A DNA stretch of 64,000 nucleotides from an uncultured Fibrobacteria bacterium. Lineage in GTDB: Bacteria > Fibrobacterota > Fibrobacteria > UBA11236. Of this stretch, positions 49,101-58,604 are shown in pieces. Each line of letters begins with the position of its first letter. The stretch's first letter is position 1. The notes beneath the pieces are model-generated. The model saw nothing but the letters and a program-made list of their open reading frames with translations, was not told the DNA's origin and searched no databases. The position numbers and the translations under genes were made by a program. The DNA lies in the NCBI GenBank assembly GCA_963716395.1, contig OY970309.1, forward strand, positions 1 through 64,000, read 5' to 3'.

Positions 49101-50861
49101 ACGTTGCCCATCTTCGAGCAGGGCAAGGCCATTCTGCACGTGTGGGACGACAGCCATGCGGCCGTGTATACGGCCGCGTACTCGGGGCTCGACTGGATGA
49201 TCGATTCGCTGCGTTTGCAGCCCGCGAATCCCCAGCCCGGCGATTCGGTGCGGGTGCTGTTCACCTTGCGCGCGGATCGTTCCTATCAAACCGCGGCCGG
49301 CGTGCTGTTGTATTCGGTGTCGGGGCAGGACGACGCCGGCGATTTTCCCGCCGACAACCAGGTGGTGCTGGTCAACACCGCCGGGAACGACTATGCGACG
49401 TCGCGACCCTTCGCCGTTCCCTTTCCGCCGCCCAGCGACACCTTGCTGTTGCAAATCAACCTGGCCGTCCGCCTCAACCTGGCGGATTCGAACGGCGCGG
49501 CGTTGCCGCCGGTGAGCAGCCGCACCTACTCCTTTCCCCTGGTGCCGCTGGCGCGGCTGACCTTGATGGCGCCGGCCTTCGATCTGCCCGTGCAGGATTC
49601 GCTGGGCGTGTGGGTGCGGTATCGCAACGACGGCCTGGGAAGCAACGGCCAGGCGCACATGCGCTTGACGGCCGACCCCAACGGCGCGGCGCCCTGGTCG
49701 GACAGCGCCGACCTCGCTAAGGGACTCAAGCTGGGCCAAATCGATTCGGTCTTTCTGCCTTTTCCCGATTCGGCGGCGCATCTGCCATTGCGCGCCGTGA
49801 TCGTAGCCGACAATCCCGCCGAAGCCAGCCCCACGGCCGCGGTGCAGGATACCGCCTTCGGCCTCTGGACCGCACTGCTGTCCCGGACCACCGACAGTCT
49901 GGCTCCATGGCCGCAAGGTCCGGTGCTGCGCCTGGCCGCGGCGGGAGCGCGGCGCATCTTCGCCGGGGAAAACGGCCCGGTCAATTTTTCCCCGCCGCTG
50001 TCCGCCGTCGACACCTCGGCCTTCGCGCATACGGCCTTTTATCTCGCCACGCGCGCGCCGTCGGCCGGGGCCTTGGTGCTGCAACCGCCGGCCGTATTGG
50101 CCGCCGACAGCGCCAGCGGCGCCCCGGCGGCCTGGCATTACGCGGTTCAGCCCAGTGGCCCCTGGCTGCGCGTCGACACCGCCACAAATACCGGCCCGAC
50201 CGTGCTCTACGCCGACGGCTATTACGGATACTTCCGCAACTCGGATCACATCGCCCCCGTGATCAGCTTCCACAGCCGCGGCCAGAATCTGTTGCCCGAC
50301 GACTACATTCCCCGGAACACGCCGGTGGAGATTCTGCTGGAAGATCCATCCGGCATCGATTTAACGTTGCGCAAGCCCCGGCTCGTTTCCGAAGGCTTGC
50401 CGGTGGACAGCGCTTCGGTGGTGATCGAAACCTCGGGCGGGTTTCCCACTTTGGCGCGCCTGCAATTCCAGCCACCGCAAACCGAGCAGGACTCGGTGCT
50501 GGTGCTGGCCTATGATGCGGCGGGCAACGAAGCCCGGCAGAGCTTTTCGTTTCGCGTGGGCGAGGCGCTGGCCATCCGCAATCTGGGCGGCTACCCCAAC
50601 CCCTTCGCCGACACCACCATCTTCGCCTATGAACTCACCGATTACTGCGACCAGGTGACCCTGCGCGTTTACTCGCGCGCCGGCCGCACCGTGCGCACGC
50701 TGTATGATTACCGCGCCGTGGGCTACCGCGAAGTGGTGTGGGACGGCCGCGCCGACGACGGGCAGCCCATCGCCAACGGCCTGTATTTTCTCAAGGCCAC
50801 GGCGCGCAGCGGCGACCGCGAAGCCACGGCCACCTTCAAGCTGTTCAAAAAGAAATACTGA
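46131..50861 (+). CDS. Large C25 (gingipain-family) protein with C-terminal FlgD-like domain
   Basis: YLLLLG, DDDYF, LVGRLP, FFGHG (His), ITCLTGYF (Cys), LLGDP, YPNPF, WDGRADDGQPIANGLYF. Confidence 0.85.
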   Translation: MKRLLGIAALLLGGAGPAAADLTAWSWQAGASPTLTLEWNALGRTVPDTVTATLAVPPGCTQVSAQVVPMAEWKTPLPVTATVSGVPRFSHPLTFRDVTLATLHWLPVAPGAGGLHLLTQAKLIVHFQVSAPPPKAFAGAAGEPAERLLAAWVVNYDQSRDFRFNAAGALPLVAASDSGLPPIRLAVFTQTDDIAVLTFDSLRRAGVPVAQIDPHQFRLFRLGREVPLYVENEASGHFQSGDYLEFIGTHAPGQNTYLSPYTTEAEFTLVWNTGRPGLRAPAVPVVPRATNPVPAPPFQTTAHVEQDNVILRIGSTAAADITDLGSQVSEEALSDFWYWQRMGVNNDAVNVSFDLPFTPAFNPNGAAPTATATASIELKGITDDINANPDHHLRFLLNGTDISLVNGVRSDAIWDGQAAYQWTSPPLPLSAFKPGANVLTLVRVNDLLENNGQPVQNQDAYLNYLDFTLTAAYAAVHDQLHFSNTFADSLGLQHFRLTGFSSPDLSLWDTRGRKLVGFATRAGAGGTQVDFEDSLVTAVSYIAVTAAARETPRLELDTVPDLLYPSAGADEIIVTHRSLYGQALDSLVAQRTKQGLRVKVVDIYHVNQTFGDGSTNPEAVKNFAQWAYDHWPRPAPTYLLLLGGTSDWFDKLAGIYQRNLVPTHLVDIRGWGIAADDDYFGQVAGDDAISDMLVGRLPVSTPAELSQVVHKMLRLEQRPPGAWQNKTFFVGGYEQTFTDGQNLLQSVAAGENRPPERLDLFTGSPYYAAPGRRPDFYRQLDSAFDFVGFFGHGGGSVWSDDGILTLDALDQDSLRGDYPVPLVSSITCLTGYFEDVAERSLGEEMIKRPANGAAGFYGAAGYISSAAGQVLAAEMFRAATQPGTLSLGGIVQEAETRVMLETGSSFLPILAEFNLLGDPAMPYAYAPLSGSLNASPQVLGATRSLQVTGDALAVTSGQGLASLLIGDSLATVQPVTVSGGKVQTAFTLPDTLPIFEQGKAILHVWDDSHAAVYTAAYSGLDWMIDSLRLQPANPQPGDSVRVLFTLRADRSYQTAAGVLLYSVSGQDDAGDFPADNQVVLVNTAGNDYATSRPFAVPFPPPSDTLLLQINLAVRLNLADSNGAALPPVSSRTYSFPLVPLARLTLMAPAFDLPVQDSLGVWVRYRNDGLGSNGQAHMRLTADPNGAAPWSDSADLAKGLKLGQIDSVFLPFPDSAAHLPLRAVIVADNPAEASPTAAVQDTAFGLWTALLSRTTDSLAPWPQGPVLRLAAAGARRIFAGENGPVNFSPPLSAVDTSAFAHTAFYLATRAPSAGALVLQPPAVLAADSASGAPAAWHYAVQPSGPWLRVDTATNTGPTVLYADGYYGYFRNSDHIAPVISFHSRGQNLLPDDYIPRNTPVEILLEDPSGIDLTLRKPRLVSEGLPVDSASVVIETSGGFPTLARLQFQPPQTEQDSVLVLAYDAAGNEARQSFSFRVGEALAIRNLGGYPNPFADTTIFAYELTDYCDQVTLRVYSRAGRTVRTLYDYRAVGYREVVWDGRADDGQPIANGLYFLKATARSGDREATATFKLFKKKY

Positions 50862-50867
50862 GCGGAT

Positions 50868-51938
50868 TTATTTCCGCCGCCGCCAATGCAAATCGGCGGC
50901 CACGGCACCAATCAAAATAGTGCCTTTGATGATGGGCTGCCAAAAGGCTTCGGTATCGAGCAGGCTCATGCCGTTGTCGAGCGTGGCCATCACCGCCGCG
51001 CCCAGCAGGGCGCCCCAGACGCTGCCGCGGCCGCCGAACAGGGAGGTGCCGCCAATCACCGCCGCGGCAATGGCGTCGAGTTCGAGCATCTTGCCGCCGT
51101 CCGAAGAGGCGGCGCCTACGCGGGCGGTGAGCACCACGCCGGCCAGCGCCGAGACCGCGCCCATGATGGTGAAGACGGCGATGATGCGTCGGTTGATGGG
51201 AATGCCGGCATAGAATGCCGCGTCGCGGTTGCCACCGATGGCGTAGAGCTGGCGCCCGAAGGCCGTATGTTCGGCGATGACCCAGAAGCCGGCCGCCAGC
51301 AAAAGCATCAAGAGCACGGGCAGCGGCAAGCCCTGGTACGCATTGAACAAAGCCGCAAGTCCCAAAGAGGCCGCGGTCATGGCCCCCCACAACCAGCGGT
51401 TTCTGCTGCGCACCGCCCGCCCCAGGCATAGGACGGCGCCGGCGCCGCCCAATCCCCAGGTGGTGGATCGGGACAAAAACTTTTGTCCGATGATGAGGAA
51501 CGGATCGGGGGGAACGATGGCCACGCCTTTGGTCAACCCAAGCAGCATGCCTTGAAAGACGAGCATGCCGCCCAAGGTCACGATGAATGAGGGCACGCCC
51601 CACAGCGCGACGATCAGCCCCTGTCCGCAACCGAGCGCCGCGCCCAGCAGCAGGGCCAACGCGATGGCGGGCACCACGCCCAATCCGATCTGGGTGCAGC
51701 CCATGGCGGCCACGGCGCCGCACAGGCCGGCCAGCGAGCCGGGCGACAAATCGATTTGCGCGGCCACGATGACCAACACCATGCCGGTGGAGGCGATGGC
51801 GGTAACCGCCATTTGCCGCGACAACAGGGCCAGATTGCGCGGGCTGAGAAAAATGCCGTCGGTGGTCAGGGCGAAGACGGCCCATACCAGCAACAGGGCG
51901 CCGAGCATGCCCAGGGTTTGCCAATTGACCTTACCCAT
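50868..51938 (-). CDS. xylH: Xylose-type sugar ABC transporter permease
   Basis: FLSPRNL, IDLS, VPSFIVTLGGML, ELDAIAAAVIGGTS. Confidence 0.88.
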   Translation of the reverse strand: MGKVNWQTLGMLGALLLVWAVFALTTDGIFLSPRNLALLSRQMAVTAIASTGMVLVIVAAQIDLSPGSLAGLCGAVAAMGCTQIGLGVVPAIALALLLGAALGCGQGLIVALWGVPSFIVTLGGMLVFQGMLLGLTKGVAIVPPDPFLIIGQKFLSRSTTWGLGGAGAVLCLGRAVRSRNRWLWGAMTAASLGLAALFNAYQGLPLPVLLMLLLAAGFWVIAEHTAFGRQLYAIGGNRDAAFYAGIPINRRIIAVFTIMGAVSALAGVVLTARVGAASSDGGKMLELDAIAAAVIGGTSLFGGRGSVWGALLGAAVMATLDNGMSLLDTEAFWQPIIKGTILIGAVAADLHWRRRK

Positions 51939-51945
51939 ATTTTCC

Positions 51946-53478
51946 TTACCCCGAAGTGGCCGCGTGCATCACGGCCTCCTGGCTGAATTGTGCGCGCTTC
52001 AACATCGCCGTTTGCCGGCCGCCGCTCAACACCATGAGGCGATGGCAGAGACCCAACAATTCGGGCAAATCCGAAGAGGCCACAAGCACGCTCAAGCCCC
52101 GGGCGGCCAGGCCGCGGATCAGGGCGTGGATCTCCGCTTTGGCGCCCACGTCGATGCCGCGCGTGGGTTCGTCGAGCAACAGCACCGCGGGGTTGGCCTG
52201 CAGCCACTTGGCGAGGACGATTTTCTGTTGGTTGCCGCCCGACAGACTGCCGGCTTCGACATCGAGGCCGGCAGCCTTTACTTGCAGGCTTTGGGCCCGC
52301 TCCGACGTTTGCCGCCGCAGGGCCGGCCAGTTCAGGAAACCCCAACGTTGAAAGTCGGCCAAGGTGGCCAGGGCGATGTTCTCGTGCAAGCTCGCGGAGA
52401 GCACTAGGCCCTGGCCCTTGCAATCCTCGCTGACCAAGGCGATGCCGGCCGACAAGGCTTCGCGCGGATGGCGAAACGGCGCGCGCCAGGGGCGTGCGTC
52501 GCGGCGCAAGCGGCCCGTGTTGCGGCTGCGGGCCGCACCGAACAGGCTGCTCAGCAAGGCGGTGCGTCCCGAGCCCATGAGCCCGGCCACGCCGAGGATT
52601 TCCCCGGAATGCAATTCGAAATGGATTTCTTCCACCGCAAAGCGGCCGGGAAGGGTCGGATGCGCAAGCGACCAATGCTCGACGGCCAAAACCGGCGCCG
52701 CGGAGGGCGAAACCGGCGACGGCGCCGCCGCCGCGTCTTCGGCCAGGTCGCGGCCCACCATGGCGGCCACGACGGCGGCGCGCGTCCACGCGGCGACTGG
52801 GCCCGTGCCCACCGATTTCCCGTCGCGCAATACGGTGATGGTGCCGGCGATGGCGAATACCTCTTCCAGCCGGTGGCTGACGTAAAGGCAAGCGACGCCT
52901 TGATCCACCAGAGCGCGCACGAGCGCGAGCAGGCGGGCGGCGTCCACCGCCGTCAGGGCGGCAGTGGGCTCGTCGAGAATCAGCACCCGGGCCTGCTTGT
53001 CGAGGGCCTTGGCGATTTCCACCAATTGCTGCCGCCCCACGCTGAGCGTGCCCACGGGCGTTTCCGGGGCGGCGTCGAGGCCGACCCGCCGCAACGCGGC
53101 GGCGCAGCGCCTTTGCATTTCCGCCTTGTGCAACCAAACCCAGCGGCTGAGTTCGCGGCCCAGGAACATGTTTTCGGCGATGGAGAGCTCCGGGACCAAA
53201 GCCAATTCCTGCGCCACCAAGGCGATGCCCGCGGCGTCGGCGTCGGCCGGAGAGTGCATGCGCAAGGGACGTCCCTCGCAGGTTAACTCGCCGCCGTAGC
53301 TGCCGCAGGGGTGGCAGCCGGCCAGGATTTTGAGCAAAGTGCTTTTGCCCGCGCCGTTTTCCCCGCACAGGGCGTGCACCTCGCCGGCGCACACGGTCAA
53401 ATCCACGCCGGCCAGGGCCAGCACGCCGGGGAATTGTTTGGTGAGCTGCCGCGCCTGCAGCCGGTGCGAGGACGTCAC
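51946..53478 (-). CDS. xylG: Sugar ABC transporter ATP-binding protein
   Basis: GENGAGKS, LDEPT (twice), LSGGNQQK; GTG start. Confidence 0.88.
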   Translation of the reverse strand: MTSSHRLQARQLTKQFPGVLALAGVDLTVCAGEVHALCGENGAGKSTLLKILAGCHPCGSYGGELTCEGRPLRMHSPADADAAGIALVAQELALVPELSIAENMFLGRELSRWVWLHKAEMQRRCAAALRRVGLDAAPETPVGTLSVGRQQLVEIAKALDKQARVLILDEPTAALTAVDAARLLALVRALVDQGVACLYVSHRLEEVFAIAGTITVLRDGKSVGTGPVAAWTRAAVVAAMVGRDLAEDAAAAPSPVSPSAAPVLAVEHWSLAHPTLPGRFAVEEIHFELHSGEILGVAGLMGSGRTALLSSLFGAARSRNTGRLRRDARPWRAPFRHPREALSAGIALVSEDCKGQGLVLSASLHENIALATLADFQRWGFLNWPALRRQTSERAQSLQVKAAGLDVEAGSLSGGNQQKIVLAKWLQANPAVLLLDEPTRGIDVGAKAEIHALIRGLAARGLSVLVASSDLPELLGLCHRLMVLSGGRQTAMLKRAQFSQEAVMHAATSG

Positions 53479-53485
53479 GGCCAGG

Positions 53486-54532
53486 TTACGGCTTCGCGGT
53501 CGCGGCGGAGTCGGACGCGTTCTTGGCCGCGTTCTTATAGACGTCGGCGCGCTGCTGGAATCCGTCGGCGATGATGGTGGAGTCGAGGTTGCTTTTGTCC
53601 ACGACTTTGGGGACGAGCAGGATGCTGGGCACCTCGATTTTGCCGTTGGGCACCGCGGTGGTGGCTTCGTCGATCGGCTCTCCTTTCGCCAGCCGCACTG
53701 CAAGATCGGCGGCCTTGTCGGCCTCGGCGGTGAGCGGCTTATAAATGGTCATGCTTTGTGTCCCCTCCACGATGCGCTGGCAGGCCGCGAGATCGGCGTC
53801 TTGCCCGGTGACCAACACCTTGCCCGCCAACTTCTGCTCGGCCAGGGCCTGGATGGCGCCACCGGCCAGGCCGTCATTCGACGCCAGCACCGCATCGACG
53901 TGGTTGCCGGAGCGCGTCAGAGCGTTTTCCATGATCTTCAGCCCCTCCACCGGCAGCCAATCCTTGGCCCATTGGTCGCTGACGATTTTGATGTCGCCGC
54001 GATCGATATAGGGTTGCAACACCTGGAATTGCCCTTGGCGGAACAAAGTGGCGTTGTTGTCGGAGGGCGCGCCTTCGATAACCACGTAATTGCCCTTGGG
54101 TTTGCGCTGCACTAGGTATTCGGCCTGACGGGCGCCGACGCCGACGGCGTCGAAGGAGACATAAAGATCCACATCGCTGTTCAAAATCAGGCGATCATAG
54201 GCGATCACCTTGGCCCCCGCCTTGTGGGCCGAGGCGACGATGGTGGCCGCCGCCGCGCCGTTGTGCGGAATCACCACCAGCACTTTGACGCCTTGGGTGA
54301 GCAGGTTTTCGGCCTGGGAATTCATGCGCGCATCGCTGCCGTCGGCCACCTGCACCAGCACCTTGGCGCCCAATTGCGCGCACCGTTTTACGAAGGCCTC
54401 CCGATCATGCTGCCAGCGCTCGATTTGCAGCGTGTCCATCAAGAGTCCGATTTTCGGAGTTTTGTTTTTGGGGCTGCAACCCAGCAAACAGGCCAGCAGG
54501 CACAGCGTCAGAATTTTCCATCGCGGGGGCAT
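53486..54532 (-). CDS. xylF: D-xylose ABC transporter substrate-binding lipoprotein
   Basis: LLGC lipobox; ERWQHD, AYDRLI, SDNNA, GQDADLAA. Confidence 0.88.
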   Translation of the reverse strand: MPPRWKILTLCLLACLLGCSPKNKTPKIGLLMDTLQIERWQHDREAFVKRCAQLGAKVLVQVADGSDARMNSQAENLLTQGVKVLVVIPHNGAAAATIVASAHKAGAKVIAYDRLILNSDVDLYVSFDAVGVGARQAEYLVQRKPKGNYVVIEGAPSDNNATLFRQGQFQVLQPYIDRGDIKIVSDQWAKDWLPVEGLKIMENALTRSGNHVDAVLASNDGLAGGAIQALAEQKLAGKVLVTGQDADLAACQRIVEGTQSMTIYKPLTAEADKAADLAVRLAKGEPIDEATTAVPNGKIEVPSILLVPKVVDKSNLDSTIIADGFQQRADVYKNAAKNASDSAATAKP

Positions 54533-54772
54533 CGATTACCTCTTTTTCGTGAAACCTTCTGCGCCAAGCGCAAAATTTGGAAGGTGGAAAAAGTTAATAA
54601 ATCGACCTCGACCCTCGCCTGGCGAAGCCAGGGCACATCGCTTCCCGCTGCGAATCGGCAGGAACCTCGTGCGCACAGACGCCCCGTTGGCCGGTGACGC
54701 CGATCACAGTTCGCGCTGCGGTCAAAGGGTTACCTTTTTTAGGGAACTCTGTAACCGGACGTCGGAGGCAAC

Positions 54773-56491
54773 ATGGGCAAACCCGCGGCGCGATTGACCG
54801 ACAGCACAGCGCATGGCGGCCTGGTCACCGGCCCGGGCTGCCCGACCGTACTCATCGGCAAAATGCCGGCCGCCACCATGGGCGACATGCACGTTTGCCC
54901 CATGCTGACCCCGGGCGTGCCGCCCATTCCCCATGTGGGCGGGCCCATCACCTTGGGCAGCACCGGCGTATTCATCGGCAAGAAACCCGCGGCGCGCTTG
55001 GGCGATATGTGCGTGTGTGTAGGTCCGCCCTCGACCATCATCATGGGATGCATGACCGTGCTCATCGGCGAGGTGGGCAGCGGCTCGCAGGCCGCCAGCG
55101 CGGCCTCGGCATTAGCGGCGCAAGCGGCTAAAGCCACGGGCCCCAAGTCTTTGAAAGCGGGAGATCCTCCGCCGGTGCCGGAAGTGGCCACGGAAAACCA
55201 CGTCATCGACTGCGAATTCACCGACGCGGCGGGCAAACCCTTGGCCGGCGTGGGCTATCGCATCAAAGACCCCAACGGAATGGAAATCGCGGGCGGCAGC
55301 ACGGTGGAAGGCAAAGGGTATCATCCGGGTTACGCCAAAGCCGGGAGCTTCGAGATTCACGTTTTGTCGCTGAAGAACGCCAAGTGGAAGAAGAGCAAGG
55401 TGAAGATGGGCGAGGCCGCCGAGTTTTCGGTAGAAGCCGACTTGTTCGGAGACCACCCCGAAGTGTATGTGAACATCTACCAGTGCCGGGGCGGCCTGCG
55501 GCGCTGGGTGGCCAGCCAGGTGTTGCCGGTAAAAGGCGGCAAGGCCGAAGGCAAATGGCAGCCGAGTTATGAAGAACTGGGGGTCGAAGAAAATGACGCG
55601 GACGCGGCCGACGCTACGGATGCGGCGCCCCCGACCTATTCGGATCCGGCCACCTATGAATTCGTGTGCGATGGCAACGGCGTCATCGCGTTATCGGATG
55701 ACATGCATTTTGTCGACGACCTGGAGATCGAGTTGTTGGACGCGAAGAACAAGGGTGTTCCGAATGCGGATTACGAAGTGGAGTTCCCCAGCGGCGAGGT
55801 GAAGAAAGGAAAATTGGACGGAAGCGGGAAGGCGAAGCTGACGGAGGTCGAGCCGAGCCATGTGCAGATTCGATTTCCGGGCGAGGACAAGAAGCAGAAG
55901 GAGAGGAAGAAAAAGACAAATTCAGGCATGGCGAATGGGAGTCACGTTTCTGAATCCTCATCTGAGCATCATAAAGACAATTCGAAACAAGAAAATGCCA
56001 ACTTGCCCGGCCCTCTAAAATCTCAGATCACTTTCCTTTTCCCCCTGAAACATCGTCCCGAATTGAGTTATAAAACAGGACATCGCTATTTTGGAGCGGA
56101 CCGGAATAACGGGGCGAGGCTTCACGCGGGATGCGATCTAATCGTTCCTGCCGGAATAGAAATTCGGGCCGTCACCGACGGAATAGTGATCCAATTCTAT
56201 CCATTCTATGAAGGAACTTGGTGTCTTGAAGTCGATCACGGTTCTTTCACGGCAAGGTACAGTGAAGTAGATTCAAAGTTTCCCGAAGGCATCAAAAAGA
56301 GTGCGGCCGTCAAACGAGGTCAAATCATCGCTTGGGTTGGATTGATGGCATCAGGCAGCCATATGTTGCACTTTGAACTTTACAACAAAAATGCGAATGG
56401 CCAGTTGACTCAGCGAACCAACAAACCGTTTCAGCGAAGGTCGGATTTGGCGAATCCGACAAAAAGTTTGGATGAAGCCGTGATGGAGTAG
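54773..56491 (+). CDS. PAAR-domain polymorphic effector with C-terminal M23 peptidase
   Basis: KPAARLTD / MPAATMGD / KPAARLGD PAAR repeats; HAGCDL (HxxxD) and HMLHFE M23 motifs. Confidence 0.88.
   Translation: MGKPAARLTDSTAHGGLVTGPGCPTVLIGKMPAATMGDMHVCPMLTPGVPPIPHVGGPITLGSTGVFIGKKPAARLGDMCVCVGPPSTIIMGCMTVLIGEVGSGSQAASAASALAAQAAKATGPKSLKAGDPPPVPEVATENHVIDCEFTDAAGKPLAGVGYRIKDPNGMEIAGGSTVEGKGYHPGYAKAGSFEIHVLSLKNAKWKKSKVKMGEAAEFSVEADLFGDHPEVYVNIYQCRGGLRRWVASQVLPVKGGKAEGKWQPSYEELGVEENDADAADATDAAPPTYSDPATYEFVCDGNGVIALSDDMHFVDDLEIELLDAKNKGVPNADYEVEFPSGEVKKGKLDGSGKAKLTEVEPSHVQIRFPGEDKKQKERKKKTNSGMANGSHVSESSSEHHKDNSKQENANLPGPLKSQITFLFPLKHRPELSYKTGHRYFGADRNNGARLHAGCDLIVPAGIEIRAVTDGIVIQFYPFYEGTWCLEVDHGSFTARYSEVDSKFPEGIKKSAAVKRGQIIAWVGLMASGSHMLHFELYNKNANGQLTQRTNKPFQRRSDLANPTKSLDEAVME
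55741..55863 (+). repeat. 123-bp direct repeat, copy 1 (toxin junction)
   Basis: Identical to 57906-58028. Confidence 0.92.
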
Positions 56492-56493
56492 AA

Positions 56494-57087
56494 ATGAAAA
56501 TCAGAAAATCCACCTCAATTTTTTATTCGGCTACATTGGCGCTTATGACGGTTACGTTTGCAATTTCGGCCTGCAAAAAAAAAGATGAGAATCCAAATGC
56601 GCAATCACAATCCACTTCTTCGCTAGTGCAACGGTCCGAACGGGTACCGGCGATGTTCGATACGATTGGCCATGCGCTTGCAATTGATATCAACGGTGAT
56701 GGACTAACTGATACCATCAAATCCGTGCACGTTCAGGCCCCAGAAAAAATCAAGAGCACATTTTCGTTGACCATCCCTGAAAAAGCGGATTTGGCGGAAG
56801 CCGACACATTCTCGAATTGGGGCTTGCTCGTATTGCTTGGAGATACCAATTCACCTAGAAAAAAGGACAGCCTGTTCTTTCCGGGCATTGCAGGCGTCAT
56901 TTATGATCAGGGGGATCCCGACATTGTTCGGGCTGACACTTCGTCCAATATGGAAATGCAAAAATTGAAGAAAGCGGGAATTCGCATGATGGTTTCTTTG
57001 TTCACCCAGTCAGGCGCTTCCATTTATTTGTATGAAACCCAAGGAAAATACAGGGTTTACTGGCCTTCGGAAGAGTCAGGAGATTGA
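56494..57087 (+). CDS. Putative immunity lipoprotein
   Basis: ISAC lipobox; starts 2 nt after the toxin stop; lower GC. Confidence 0.65.
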   Translation: MKIRKSTSIFYSATLALMTVTFAISACKKKDENPNAQSQSTSSLVQRSERVPAMFDTIGHALAIDINGDGLTDTIKSVHVQAPEKIKSTFSLTIPEKADLAEADTFSNWGLLVLLGDTNSPRKKDSLFFPGIAGVIYDQGDPDIVRADTSSNMEMQKLKKAGIRMMVSLFTQSGASIYLYETQGKYRVYWPSEESGD

Positions 57088-57368
57088 GAGGAATCCGATT
57101 TATCAAATGAATCGGCTGTTTAGCATCTCCGTTTTGACATGTACCGCCTGTAAATTCGGCTCCCGCCAAACCGAAGGTAACCGCGGTGTTTCGGCTGCAC
57201 CCGACTCCGTCACCTTGCGTTACGGCGCTCCCGCCTCTCCTTCTTCAGGGAAAAACATGTTCAATATATTATTAACTATGTCTAAATATCAATGAAATGG
57301 TTAGTATGTACGGAGAAGGGATTTGCTCAACCCTACATCGTATTTGGATTCGGCTACGGATACCTGAA

Positions 57369-57881
57369 ATGGACTTAAAATGGTCAAGTACCAAAAAATT
57401 GATTGTGAGTTTGATTCTGGCTCACTTCAAGGTTTTGGCAACACCAGAATATTCAGTCCGAGTGATTTCAAAGCCGGAAGCGACTAAATTGATTCGAAAA
57501 CTTGATGGCGATGGGAAGCTGAGTCAGTGGGAGAATAGTCGTGGACTCTCAAAACATCCGGAATTTTATTATCAAGAATTCGGAAGAATAGATAGCATTG
57601 GTATATCTTACTTAATTTTTATAAAAAAACCTCAAAACAATCGAGATTCAAGTATCGTACTTGATGTAATCAGATTAAAATCAAAAAAACTCACCTACAT
57701 TGATATCACACACTGCACTTTTGCACCCTTCGATCCTGACAATGTTCCGACATTAGTTACGAATAAAACAGGAACGCCAATGATCTTATCCGCTTGGGTC
57801 GGTGATCCAATAACAGGAAAATTCGTTGCGGTTCCAAAGAATACCGTAAGTTGCAACTTTGACGAGAGTGACGAAGAATAA
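57369..57881 (+). CDS. Hypothetical low-GC protein, putative orphan immunity protein
   Basis: AT-rich ORF with hydrophobic leader inside the toxin locus. Confidence 0.5.
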   Translation: MDLKWSSTKKLIVSLILAHFKVLATPEYSVRVISKPEATKLIRKLDGDGKLSQWENSRGLSKHPEFYYQEFGRIDSIGISYLIFIKKPQNNRDSSIVLDVIRLKSKKLTYIDITHCTFAPFDPDNVPTLVTNKTGTPMILSAWVGDPITGKFVAVPKNTVSCNFDESDEE

Positions 57882-58602
57882 CGAATTGAAGATCAAGTTA
57901 CAGGTCGCGAAGAACAAGGGTGTTCCGAATGCGGATTACGAAGTGGAGTTCCCCAGCGGCGAGGTGAAGAAAGGAAAATTGGACGGAAGCGGGAAGGCGA
58001 AGCTGACGGAGGTCGAGCCGAGCCATGTCAAGATTCGGTTTCCGGGAGAGGATGCGAAGCAGAAGGAAAAGGAGAAGGCGGAGGGAGGTGGGTCGGGAGA
58101 CTCATCACAATCTACGGAGAGCGGAAAGAGCAGTGTTGAAGCGGAAAAAAGGGGAGGTAATAATTCAAGCGCAACTGACACGGAGCATAATTGTATTTCG
58201 TTTCAGGATGGAACTAGTATTACAGCAGAGGCTAAATTATGGGTTGGGGTGCCCTATCTAACCGGAGGGGAAGATAAAGATGGGGCGGATTGTTCAGGAA
58301 GCGTTTTTGGGATATACAGAGACGCGGGTTTTCCTTTTCCTCGAGTCGGTTCCTATGACTTTCCGTCGTTAAAAAATTTCCAGCTTGCCCCCGATAATAT
58401 TCCGCAAGCGGGCGATGTTGGTTATTGGCCTGGACATTTAATGATATATGATTCAGAAGCGGGCCTTACCTCTAAGCATGAACAGGCCAATGGCTGGTCT
58501 GCATCTCATCCAGGTGGGACGCCCTTCAATACCGCGAGATTCCAATGGTTTGACGATCATTATCAAACACAAGTAAGATGGTATCGCTATTTAAAGAAAT
58601 AA
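57859..58602 (+). CDS. Orphan toxin C-terminal module: junction repeat plus NlpC/P60 peptidoglycan hydrolase
   Basis: Repeats KNKGVPNADYEVEFPSGEVKKGKLDGSGKAKLTEVEPSHV; WVGVPY..GG, DCSG, GDV, GH; no convincing start or RBS. Confidence 0.8.
   Translation: MTRVTKNNELKIKLQVAKNKGVPNADYEVEFPSGEVKKGKLDGSGKAKLTEVEPSHVKIRFPGEDAKQKEKEKAEGGGSGDSSQSTESGKSSVEAEKRGGNNSSATDTEHNCISFQDGTSITAEAKLWVGVPYLTGGEDKDGADCSGSVFGIYRDAGFPFPRVGSYDFPSLKNFQLAPDNIPQAGDVGYWPGHLMIYDSEAGLTSKHEQANGWSASHPGGTPFNTARFQWFDDHYQTQVRWYRYLKK
57906..58028 (+). repeat. 123-bp direct repeat, copy 2
   Basis: Identical to 55741-55863. Confidence 0.92.
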
Positions 58603-58604
58603 GT

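Noticed and set aside
26713-54115. Long antisense ORFs (e.g. 26713-28356, 32843-34834, 36502-38379, 43559-45265, 46962-50273)
   Set aside because: Shadow frames of well-supported genes, typical of high-GC codon bias.
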